A DNA stretch of 59,790 nucleotides, counting the filler, from Sphacelaria rigidula (lineage: Eukaryota): NCBI GenBank assembly GCA_964200075.2. It is 9 parts of 9 records of this genome, joined end to end, with 100 filler letters (N's around TTAATTAATTAA, not from the genome) between each part and the next. Parts side by side here need not be neighbours in the genome. Positions count along the whole stretch, not along the records: positions 33,275 to 39,828 come from CAXNAA020019376.1; positions 39,929 to 46,482 come from CAXNAA020019377.1; positions 46,583 to 53,136 come from CAXNAA020019378.1; 6 more parts are not named here. One strand, 5' to 3'. Each line of letters opens with the position of its first letter. The stretch's first letter is position 1. Positions 38,425 through 50,000 of this stretch are shown here, one piece after another. Below the pieces are notes generated by a model that searched no databases, was not told where the DNA came from, and was given only the letters and a program-made list of their open reading frames with translations. Position numbers and translations under genes: made by a program.

Positions 38425-38939
38425 CCGGCCCATGAAATATCCTTCTCGGATACTTGTTCATACTGTGTTCGTTTCACTATTGTCGCAAAATCCGAGACCC
38501 ACCACTATACTCACGACCTGTGCCACAGGTACCCACCAGATGCCTGTGACGGGGCGTGTGTAGAAATGATTTCATAAATATATAAAATTGGGGAGTCGAT
38601 TTTCTTTTCCATGTCGTTTTTATTCTTCGAAAAATAAACAAATCTATATGTGCACAGTAACAACAACAACAACGACGACGACGACGACGACGACGACAAC
38701 AACAACAACAACAACAACTGAGAAACGACCCAAGACCTTTGTTATAAAGCTTTTTACCGAACACTAGAAAGAAAGAAAAAAAAAAGTAGTTCAACAGTGT
38801 CAGCGTAAACGTATCACTTCAGTCATGTACGCACCACGAAATCTACGCATACGATTCTGGACTCGAAAATCCAGGTGTGTTTTTATCCACGGGCGCAAAA
38901 CAGAGGTTATTCCAAGTAACGTATGTGAGTTGTGTGTTG

Positions 38940-39285
38940 TCATCCCATCTATTCTGGACGCCGGTCTACACCTTTCGGTATATGCGTGGGCGTACCAGCC
39001 GGGGTCACACAGGAGGAAGGCCAAGACAGGAGTTTTTTTTTTTTTTACATGTTTTAGTTCTCTACCTTCCTTCTGCGGTGCTTGCCTTTGTTTGTTTATC
39101 GCGAGAGGGGTCCAGCAGCCCCTTCCCCTCGTAGACCGTTAAGTCGAATTTTTTTGTGTACCCACGACATAGTCGCTTTCCACTGTTGGGCACTGTGTGA
39201 GAAAAAATACCAGATCGCTCTGAGATTCGAACCCACGGCCCAACCGTCAGGGGGTTCCGAGATTACCAACTGAGCCACCGGGGCG
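38940..39285 (-). mobile_element. tRNA-derived SINE, family 1, second full copy
   Basis: Same head (A box, GGTTCGAATC) and same body as 38087-38424. Confidence 0.8.
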
Positions 39286-40029
39286 TTTAATCTTCTGTTT
39301 TCGCGGGGATTACATCAAAGTTACGGTTACTACTTCAGTATTGTACGTGGAAGATGTGCAAGAAAACCGTTCCGATCTCTTCATCTACACCGCGCCATAT
39401 CCTCAATGGCCTCTCGGCTTCCCCCGGGTGGACCATCTGTCTAACCGGTATCATTTTCACCTCAAAAATTTCTGCTCGGACCCAGATGAGGGACACTGGT
39501 GGTCTCGAAGGGTCAAGCTTACTCGTTTCATGGGTGCATCCCGCGAAGGCATGAATGAAATAAAAATGAACGCTCTACACCGCTTCTCGGGCGACGTGTT
39601 CAAAACGATATGTGGATGGATATATTTTCTTTGTTTCTTCCTCCCTCTGGCCCATGTGCCGATTTTTCTGTATGTTCACGCCGCTGTGCCATAGTGGCCC
39701 ATATCCTCACAACTCCGCAGGTCCCAATACACGGCGATGATGGGAGTCAGCCCCCCCCTTTTTTTTGTCCCCAGAGGACAGGAAGGAACCTTTTATCCAT
39801 ACACTTCGCTATTTCTAGTTTCGTGCAGNNNNNNNNNNNNNNNNNNNNNNNNNNNNNNNNNNNNNNNNNNNNTTAATTAATTAANNNNNNNNNNNNNNNN
39901 NNNNNNNNNNNNNNNNNNNNNNNNNNNNCCCCCCCCTATCGTAGGATGACTCCCCTGATTTTCGTGTTTGGATCAATTCAAATAAACATGATGTAATCTG
40001 AAATCCTGTCGATATTTTCTTCTCGATTT

Positions 40030-40792
40030 GATGGGCCCACCGCATTTCTCTTGTTAGAAGGCTTCAACTCAAATTTATAATTATTGGCGCGCGGAAAAAG
40101 TACAAAGCAAAAAAGCTAAGCTTCTCGATCGACAACATGCGGTCGAAAGGCACGAAGTGGCACTTGACTCCTATCTTACAGATCACCATGCCAGATAACA
40201 CCCGTTCACAGCACCATGAAAACTCCATCCAACTCATTCTCGGCTACCACCGCAACCCTGCAGCATCGAGCACGAGTTGAGCACAGCGATAGATACGCTG
40301 CAGTAGTTGGGTATGCTGGGTTTATTTGTTTTTGGCTAAAAATTGCGCATCTTCTTTCCCGGTAGGATGAGCGACGGAACTGCGTGGTGCGGTGGGCAAC
40401 CGAGTTGCGTACACCCTCATGGACAGTGCAGGCAGTACAAAACTGCATGTTGTTGAACTCTTTTTCACGTCGCATTGTAAGCAAAGAGAACTGATAGTCC
40501 GGGGCTGTCTGCAGTGCACGTTGCCCGCTTCTCTTAAAACTCCTACTGTACAAAATACGCACACACGCACACACGCACTCAAGCCAAACTGCTTGCAAGC
40601 GGTGCAGACAGTACAGACTGGCTGTACTGAACACGAGTGACCATGTGCCGTTTCATAAATTTCACTGTCTCTTTCCGATCAAATGCTTGAAAATTCGATA
40701 GGACCCAACATAACAAAAATGAGCAATTTTCGCTCAAATCAATTCCACTGCCCCATTTTGTCGATCGAAAGAAAAGGTGCTAAGTCACACCC
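40030..40792. mobile_element. Inverted copy of the 30455-31277 Harbinger-type element
   Basis: Long reverse-complement similarity. The six-frame peptides of the two copies also match. Confidence 0.8.
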
Positions 40793-40844
40793 TGAGACGC
40801 TTCTCCGCACTGCCGGATGACAGTTGTGAAGTCGGTATAGTGAG

Positions 40845-41176
40845 TAAGGCAGGTACCCGGTACTGGTATTTGGGACGTCTCATACCCTACCGATACCGGT
40901 CCAATCGGATTAAAAAAAAATGTCATACCTTTTGTACCTACTATCGTATATACCACGGTACTTCGAGATACCAGTACCTACCGTACCCGCTCAATGAGGT
41001 ATTTTCAAAACTCATTCCTACGATACCTACGATACCACGGTATTTCGAGATGCCAATACCTACCGTACCCGCTCAATCAGGTATTTCCAAACTCATACCC
41101 ACGATACCCACGCATACCACGGTATGGAATACCGTGGTAAATACCGGGGGTACGCTCGGTACGGTACCTTACCTAC
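40845..41176. repeat. TACCG/GGTAC-rich element with short imperfect inverted ends, possibly a hAT-like MITE
   Basis: Many TACCG and ATACC motifs and an internal duplication of about 75 bp. No TSD found. Confidence 0.5.
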
Positions 41177-41284
41177 GGTTCTCGTGCAACTGTGGGTCTG
41201 TTCGCTGCCACCCCGATGGTGCTTCTGTCGCTCGCTGGTGTGCATTACTACGTTTTGCCGCCTGTTCCCTCTTCCTTTGGACAG

Positions 41285-41351
41285 GTGGACTACAACGAGT
41301 TTTTGGTGGGTATATCCGCCTTCAGGAGTTCGGGAGACAAGGCATTACGAT
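41285..41351 (+). CDS. Calcineurin-B/NCS-like EF-hand protein, exon A
   Basis: CAG acceptor, VDYNEFLVGISAFRSSGDKALR, GTGAG donor in phase 1. Confidence 0.85.
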
Positions 41352-41993
41352 GTGAGGGGTGTGTGAGGAATCGCACGTGACTTTGAGCACGTGATCTCCA
41401 TGAGGTTCCTACAGTAGGCGTGTCCGTTCGTTCGTGTACCACGACGGGAATGGTACTGCGTCAACGAAAAGTGAGATGCACTCACTCCATCAATCAAACG
41501 AGGAATGAGTCGGTCTATCAAATCATGGCTCAAACAACCAATCAACCAGTGGGCCGAGCTGCCAATCAAATCAACGAACAGACGAATCAATCGGGCAGCG
41601 AATAAATCGAGCTGTCGTCTCCGCAGGCAACATATTTTTCTGGTGGGTTGACGTGGGACATGGTGGGCAATCTAGTCTCAGTTGCGGCGCTACAGGCACG
41701 CATACGCGGCGGTTGTCACTCCTTTACATCGTGAACGAAGTTGCAACGCGAGATCGGTCGTCCAACCTTTTGGCCCGAGTCATTCGCGCAGGGTAAGGTA
41801 GGGGGGTACACACACCTGCGGCCGTCCCAAAAATGCTCTGTTCGTTGTACGGAATGATATTTTCCCTGATGTCGATTTCCCGGTGTTTCCGTAAACCGAA
41901 GATCCCTCTCTCCTCCGCCCCTTGATCCACACCCTGATTTCAATGTTTCCTGCGCTGCATGCACTCGGAATGTATTGCACCGTCGATCTCTAG

Positions 41994-42596
41994 TTTGCTT
42001 CGATGTCTACGATCGCGATGGAGTGGGCACCATCAATCTGGAGCAGTTGAAAGCGGTTTTGCTGTGCATCATGGGAATGGGCACACCGGATAGTGGCGAA
42101 AGCTATGTCGGCTCGATCCCCACGCAAGACAGCACCGACGCCTTCCGGCGGACAGAGGAAGTCCCAACGCCACCGGCGTCACAGTCTTCACCTTCAAGGC
42201 TGAGTTCGTCGGCATCGGCATTGGGGCCATCGTCGCCGCAACCACCAGCGACAACACCGACACCGACACCTTCGGCACAGTCGGAAGATCGTCCTGAGGC
42301 TGGACCTGGAACAGTTTCTGGGGTGGAGACGATTTCCCCAGCCTTAGAAGAGTTGGCCGCACCCGCGGCCCAGGATTTCACGCCCTCAACATCAGAGCGG
42401 GTATCGTTATCGCTGGTCGGAACAACTGGGGAGCAGGGAGTACCCCGAACGTTGAAGGGTGTATCTCATCCAACATCGAAGGCAGTACCTTCGACATCAG
42501 AACGGGTACCATCGTCGCCTCCAACAGAGTTGGGTGCGCCGACGGTACAGTCGAGGTTACAGGCGGGCACGAGCGCTAAGTCGTCCATCTGGGAAG
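41994..42596 (+). CDS. Calcineurin-B/NCS-like EF-hand protein, exon B
   Basis: Splicing yields KALRFCFDVYDRDGVGTINLEQLKAVL, followed by a long S/P/T-rich segment. Phase 1-1. Confidence 0.85.
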
Positions 42597-43952
42597 GTGA
42601 CTATGAGTGGTGACATAATGTGAAGGATGCGCTGGAACGGCTTTCAGTTTGCGTTCGTGGTGAATGTACACTTGTTTAGACGTCAACACCTGAACAAAGT
42701 CTAGGACAATGTTTAGCTGCAGCACGTATTTCACTCAATGCGTCCTTATTTTTGTTTGAAGTAGAACATGTGTGAATGGGGGTGCTCTCACACAGCGGCT
42801 GACCCAGCGAACGAAAAAGTCATGACACAAACGACGCGAAAACGGAGGGGGGCAGTGGGGGGTTGGTAGGAGCACACGCAAGTTTTGATGAGTTCGGCGT
42901 TTACCGGACGAGAGAATAAATGAGAGATAATTTCGGTTCATTGCACACGACATGCGGTGAACATATGATCCATTACAGCATACGAAACCGGACATGGCAT
43001 ATACATTTCAGTGCGCACTAAACTCGGACCACTTATTTAACTCGGACCACTTATTCAACGCGCCACGACACGTTATGTGCAAAAGTGGTGGCATGTGTGT
43101 GCGGGGGTGGGGTGAATGTCAAGATTGATCTGTACCCCACTTGGAGTCTCTACCGAGTCCAGCTCAGCGCTGCTCAGTAATGAGTGATGACGGGTTATTT
43201 ACGCTCCTGCTATGATAGCCGTTAACTACAATCTTCGCTCGAAGAACGCGCTCTTCACTACAACCTGCGCTCTCCCCCGAGAAAAGAGGTGCTTCTGGGG
43301 GGTACTAGGATGTGTTAATGAGCCATTCATCACCCCGACATATTTACCTGTCGATGGAAAAGCCGCGAAACGAGGGCACAAGGCGGACACATACTTCCTC
43401 CCAAAACGCTGACAAGTTGTGTGTCGAACGTGGATGGCGCCGAAAAGAGGGCAGACTCGAAGCCGTTTTCCCGAAGTAGCGCATTGCGCTCGGTCGTTCT
43501 TGTGTTTTCTTGTGAATTATGATTCTGGGTGTGCCATGGTCGATCTTGCTGCACTTGCTGTACCCCTTGTTTTCAACCGAGCCCGGTGCATCGTGCTGAG
43601 CTGGTTGTATGCTGCATCGGTACATCCTGTCTGCTACCTGTGCTACTGTCACGGACTAGCTCAGAACAGCATCATTCTTACCTCCTAGCCACTTCATCCG
43701 CACAATTCGTGGGAAGATGTTTGCGCGAATACCAGGCAAGCCGCCGGCGACACTGCACAATGCTGCTACAGTTGGTACATTGACGGTGTTCTACTCTCCT
43801 TTTGCTTGTTTCTTGTCGGACTGTTTGATTTAACTCAAGTTTGTGTCGAGCTCAATGTCACATTTTTCATGCTTTCTGCTCACGTTAATATCGTCTCAAC
43901 CTGAGTCGTGCATTGCGCTCGTTTTGCTTTTTTTTCGTTTCTTGTTCTTCAG

Positions 43953-44191
43953 CCAAGCTGTCGGCAATGTTCGCAATGCTGGACACGGACGGAAACGGGA
44001 TGATAGATTTCGAAGAGTTCAAGGCCGGCGTTAAGAGAGAGCCCTTACTCGTCGAGGCGTTTCTAGCGCCCGTGCAGCAGGGGTTGCTCAGTTCTACCCC
44101 TGCAGCCAGACAAATGGGCGTAAAGCAAGGCCAACTGCAGCAACCGGTGCCGGGAAGGTCATCGTGCTCCAGTGAACAGGACTGGCGGTAG
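43953..44191 (+). CDS. Calcineurin-B/NCS-like EF-hand protein, terminal exon
   Basis: Polypyrimidine tract with CAG acceptor. MFAMLDTDGNGMIDFEEFKAGVKREPLLV runs to a TAG stop. Confidence 0.88.
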
Positions 44192-44954
44192 TAGTTCCCG
44201 TAGTGGGGCTCAAATGATGTTAATAGACGCATATCTCTGAGCGGGTAGTATGGTAACATTTAGCCTCTTTGCTCTGTGCGTGGCGGGGTGAATTACTTGA
44301 TGTTGCGGTGGACGTGAAATAAATGCGTCCTCTAGTGCTTTGCAGGTACTCGTTCTTCTTGTTTTTTCGTTGTTTTTTGCAGCTATAACAGCGTCTCAGT
44401 TCGAGTGGTAGATCTCTCGTATTCCAGCCCTCTGCAGTCTTGCGTCAAAGTAAAGCTCTCGAACATTTGTGGATGCTCGCGTAGAAGAATCATTGGATGA
44501 GGAGTTAGCTGGCATCAGTCGCAAGATAACCATTGTTTACACGAGCGGTCAGCCTCCGGCATAGGAGTACCGGCCCGACACGCGGCACCGCTGGAAAGCT
44601 GTGCTCAAGCGGGACCGTCGCTGCTGACATTCAGCTGGAAAGGTAGCAGGTTCCCGTGTTGGGTGGTACGAATAGTCTAACTCTGTATTGGCTGCCTTGC
44701 GGGCACAATGATACGCCGAAAGGTGGCGGTTACGCTGGAGGAGTCGGGCCCCGTTGATGCGTGCGGGGTAGCCCAATATGTACAGAATTCATCTGAAGAA
44801 GATCGTTGTCAGGTGATCAACTGGGACGGTTTTAATTTACAAACTGAACATTAGATCCAGTATTTGAGTTTGTGATCTACTGTGATGCGCTGTGCCATTG
44901 TGTACTGTGTATTCTGCTGTACTCTGCTGTACTGTCCTCTACTATATCTAGAAG

Positions 44955-45900
44955 GTGCGAGCACGATACGGTGTCCCCGCGAAGATGATTTATATCACCC
45001 GCCAGTTCCACGACGGCATGTGGGCGTGGGTGCACATTGACGGCGACAAGACGTCTGAGTGGGTTGACGTTACCCAGGGCCTGCCCCAAGGCTGTGTGAT
45101 TGCCCCCCACTTGTTGAGCATCTTCTTCGCCGTGGTGCTGACGGTGGTGTTCGGCGGCTTGTCGATCGATCAAGCTGCGGTGGATGACTTCGTTCACATC
45201 GTTGTCAGGAATGAGGAGACCAGGGACGAGCTTAGCGAGGTGTTTTGGGCCATTCGGTATGCCCAAGTCGCTGGCATCGCGTCGCGATCTCAACTGAGCT
45301 AGACAAAGATGATCACGACCATTGCCGATGTGCGGCGTCTGGTCTTGCCGTAGCGGGAAACATGGTAGCATGTACATGCGCTCTCCGAGCGTGCAGGTGG
45401 AGGCGGTAGGCTAGGGGTACAAGCAAGTTGAGCCTTTCGTCTATCGCGGCCGCATTGTCAACAAAATCGGCGATGTCGCCCCTGAGGTCAACCGCCGCAT
45501 TGGTCAGGCTTTGAACCTTCGTAAAATTCAGCAGAGTGACGACGACACCCGTACATCGCCCCTGGCCGAAAATGTTTGTTTTCTGAAGCCAGGAGTGATC
45601 GAGGTCATGCAATCCGGCTGCGCGTGACCTGAATGCTGTCGCCCAATAATTTTGCCCCGTTGCGGGAAGCCCACCGCGCGTTCGTGCTAAGGTGCCTCAA
45701 CGGGCATACCTTGTCCCACAGCGCTCCTGACCACCACATTATGCCATACCACGAGGTCCTCGGGAGCGATTGGATCGAGGCACCCGTGATGAGGCAAATC
45801 ATACTAGACGCCGGCCGCGTCGCGCGCATGCACGACGAGCGCCTCCCCATCATCATGCTTGGAGAAACAGTCGGAGGGTAGAAGAAGGCAGGCCAGTCCG
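44955..45900 (+). pseudogene. Non-LTR retrotransposon (RTE-like) RT relic, 5'-truncated
   Basis: YGVPAKMI..RQFHDGM, VTQGLPQGCVIAPHL, the YADD site decayed to YAQV, and C-terminal GRVARMHDERLP. Stops and frameshifts are present. Confidence 0.88.
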
Positions 45901-46641
45901 CTAAACGCCTACAACACAGTATAATGCGGGATTATAGAAATTGAAGATGGATTTTTGTTTTGAGGATAAACCTTGAGAAACCTTTTCAAGCATCGAAATA
46001 CTTTCGAACAAAACATGCAAACGAATTCTCCGGCCGTGATGTGTGGCCTCAGTCATATTCAAGAAGAAGTACACCCTCAGAACGCAAGATCACGTGTTCA
46101 CAGAGGATTCCGACAAGTAACAACAGGTTTTTGTGCGGGAATGAACGGAGGTCGACATAGTTCGGTGTGAACACGGGATTTCACCAATTGCGGGCGGACT
46201 TTTTTCAAGCTAAGCCAGGCCACGAGTCACGACCAGAGAGCCCGTGTGCATTTTTCGAAAATACTCCGACGCCTGTCAAGGTTCCCAAGGCTCACCCCCC
46301 CCAAAAAAACTCCATCCCTTGCAGGAGTGCCCCCCCCCAAAAAATGCGAGGCCCTATGCCGATTTTTTCAATTCTAGGTGTTTTCGCGAGGGGGGGAGGG
46401 GGGGGGGGGGGGGGAGTCATTTTTTTCTTGCCTTAGTATTTTTGGCCATTCCCACCCCTCCCCTTCTAGAGGGGGCACCGTTNNNNNNNNNNNNNNNNNN
46501 NNNNNNNNNNNNNNNNNNNNNNNNNNTTAATTAATTAANNNNNNNNNNNNNNNNNNNNNNNNNNNNNNNNNNNNNNNNNNNNGGGGCATCCGTGTCCCAG
46601 TGTTGTGGAAATGATTGGTGTGGTTTTTTTTTTTTGTTGGT

Positions 46642-46677
<36 letters not shown>

Positions 46678-46870
46678 GGCGTACGCATTTGTTGCTTGTT
46701 TCAGTCATTTGGCCACTGACTACGCATCCCTTTCGAGACACCTCCGACATTTTGGCTCTCATGAGGGGGAGGGGGACCGCGCTTTTCAAGACCGCAACCC
46801 ACCACTCATCTACATATTGGCAATACACTGACAGCACAGGGTCCTCATAATCCATGACTCATCATCTTAC

Positions 46871-47002
46871 CTTTTCAGTGACCTGGTCGGCAACGCTTTT
46901 TTCGCCTGCAGCTCTGGCCTCCTTCTCGTTGCTCACACCGAGGCTGTCCATGGCCTTGGTGATTGTAGTGTCCACTTGCACCTTCACATTGTCGGCGTTG
47001 TC
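46871..47002 (-). CDS. Orphan 132-bp exon of an unknown helical protein
   Basis: CAG acceptor and AAG|GTAAG donor. Open frame DNADNVKVQVDTTITKAMDSLGVSNEKEARAAGEKSVADQVTEK. Confidence 0.6.
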
Positions 47003-50000
47003 CTGGTGGGTGATGGGGACACAAGAGGCCGTCGATTGATTGCGTTCATGCCAGCAGCCAAATATAATGCTCGAAAAAGATCACGTCGGATTCTTCCGAT
47101 TCATATACGCCCATGGTGTACAAACAATCACCGCTCTTCGCGATATAAATGCGAGAAGAAAATAGGGCCAATCAAGTCAGCACCACGACCTTCGTAAAAA
47201 GTCGCCAGTTCGATTCCCACCTCAAACATAGTTTTTTTTCAATAACGCAATTTTTCTTGTTTTCTTCTTGTTGCTGATTTTTCGGGTCAAAGTCTCCATT
47301 TCCTTGCTGCCCATGAATTCCCCTCCGGCCAAGAAGGAAGGTATCGTCAGTTTCCTCGAAGATGCCAATCCACAGAGCAGTATATATTGTCGAGGTTCCG
47401 GCGAAAAAAACACGGCAAAACAGCCTCTCCTCAGCCCATACCAGAGGAGAAACGAGACCCCGTTTTCCCTCAACTGGCTAGATTTTTAGAAATTCCGTTT
47501 TGGGGTATTTGTCAGTGGGACGGAGTTCTTTCATCTCTCCTACTTTTAGCTATTTGTTCGGCTACACCAGTTGTCAGAGCATAAGAAAAACGAATGGTGC
47601 GAAAATACTTTCTCGAACGCTTTAGACTGCAAATTGCTCTTACGTTTTAAAATTTCTTTATTGAGCTCATATTGAGAATCAGAGGGAGGACATTTTTACG
47701 CAGGATCCATTTCTCCGGGAAAAAATCATGTCGTGCCGACAAAAAAAAAGTAACCAAATTTCTCGCCTGTTCTTTTTCACAAAGTGTAAATCGGTACAGC
47801 TCGACAAATGCAGCACCGGTAATTGATTGACCTTGATGGCAGCAGCGATCCCGTCGTTCACGACAACTTGACGAGCGAAAAACTATGCACCCACACAAGT
47901 TGACCAAAACACGACTGCTTCGCGGTCAAACTCTCAACTTCCTCAATTCCCCAAGTCAGCCAGATTCGAGCATATCGCTGTGAGCTGCAGACCACCATGG
48001 TAACAACGGTTCCACCGCTGGTAGATTGGCGCAGTTACGGCGATGACGCTTTTACACTGCATTGAGTATCGCGAGCGTGTTCTCAGATTTCCTCTCAAAA
48101 AAACCGGCGAAATCACGGATGACAAGTTTGACACGCACAGTCAAGAGTGCACCAGGATTGCTGCGACGTGGCATCAAGCTAGTCAGCGGCTCAATCAGGG
48201 GGAGGCGTACTCATTTGTTTGCTTGCCTTGTAATAGTCGTTTGACCATCAACCAAGCATTTCTTCCGAGACGACGCACTGTTAGTAGCTTGATCAGGGAG
48301 AGGACTTCCGGGCCGATTGTCGCACACGACGAGCACAGGCACGGGTATCACGTATCCACCTGGGATCGAGCTGCCATGCTTCTTCCTCGATCTAATTCCT
48401 GATGGCCGTTTTTCCCTGGACCAAAACTTATGTGAGGACGCTTCTTTTGACAGTAAAAAAATAATGGTCTGGAAAAGCGCACCTTGGAATGACTTTGCTC
48501 CACTACTTGAGCGGGTTGTTCTTTGGTGGCCGCAGTTTTCATTTTCGCTGAACCAGATTTTTTGTGCAAAAACGGTTAAAAACGGTCGAGTCTAGAAAAA
48601 TATCAGCGTTGCAACCCAGGTACACATAGTCCAGGCACGTGGAATGGTGCAAAAGGTGCCTCGAGACCTGCTTGACCAGCGTTCGACTATTCTCTCTTTC
48701 GAGCAATCAGGCCTAAGACGGTGATTCGAAACGGCGATGATTCGTCCGAAGCGTGCAGAGTTCCAACGCACCGTGTCGGCTACAGGACGGGGTGGTGGGT
48801 CTGCGCAGTAGGGTCTTACTCGTTGCGTAAGACACAACAATCAACAGCTAAAGAGCAGTTTCAACTTGGAGCAGACAGCACTGCGTGCCGGCTGCAGGTT
48901 AGCGCAACACGATAGCAGCACAGCAGCTCAGGCAATTCCAGCGCAAGGCCCCACAGTTATTGCAAGGTCTAGACACACGACAATGTCGCGACAGGTGCAG
49001 CACAATAGAGAGCCGTGTATTTGTGTGGTGTAGAGCAGTATATCATGACATGTCTCATAAGATACTTCTCGTGTCAAATATAGAACAGGTTTTCAAGTGT
49101 TCAGACCTGCCTTCCGAGTTTGGGCGCCCGGCCGACAATCAGGGCCCGTTCAAAATTTTGGGCGTCACTTTCGTTTGTGAATCGTCACGATTTTGTTCGA
49201 AGTGGTTTTTATAGTCACCACAGTGGAAATTTTTCAGACATGAAATTTCGAACCGTTCTCGCAAGGATTGGTCTTCGAGTTGAGGAAAAATCCGCGAGAT
49301 TATGGAGGGGGGGGAAACGGTTGTGTCCGGATTCGAACTCGTCACGTGCGTATTTGAAGGCTTTTGCATCAGTTCACCACTGGGGCGCAGCATGTCACAC
49401 AAATAAAGTGCCAGGTTAGGCCCAATTTTACAAGTTTTTGGCCCATTTTCACCAGTACCTCGTGCACACGAGGACGTGCAGAATGTCTGGGGATGCCGCC
49501 GTTCTTCTTATACAAAACCTCGACATTCTTAGCATTCCCGCGGAGGATTCCGAGCCAAAATGAGGCCCTAGACGCGGAATGATCATTCTGATTGATCACG
49601 GCCGTCAAAATGAGGACGTAGTTCCCCTGCGGATGAACTTCTTTGCTCTCCACTTGCATTTCTCGTTTTGGTCATGGCAAAACAATGATAAGAGTACATG
49701 CGCACGAATCACGTGTTCAAACTCTGCTCCGGGTCTATACCGCATGTCTGATGCCTCATACGTTACCGAGGTATCTTCACTCTGTAGTGTTGTGAAATAC
49801 CGCGCAGAGGTATCAGCAGCATGCAGTAAAATGTGTCCAGTCGACAGCGATGGCACACTTACACTGTCTCTTGCCGTTGTCTTCAGCGAAGACATACCGC
49901 AGAAAACGTACCGACTCTGCATGCAGTTGATTGCAGGGTCGAAACCGATCAGGGTTTCTCCGGGACTATGTTATGTATAGATGAATACCCAAATGTTCAT

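Noticed and set aside
38560..38645. RFVYF peptide as an upstream carrier exon
   Set aside because: The sequence after it does not resemble a carrier helix and no fitting donor was found.
28476..44191. Cluster of calcium-signalling genes
   Set aside because: The two EF-hand loci are on different contigs.
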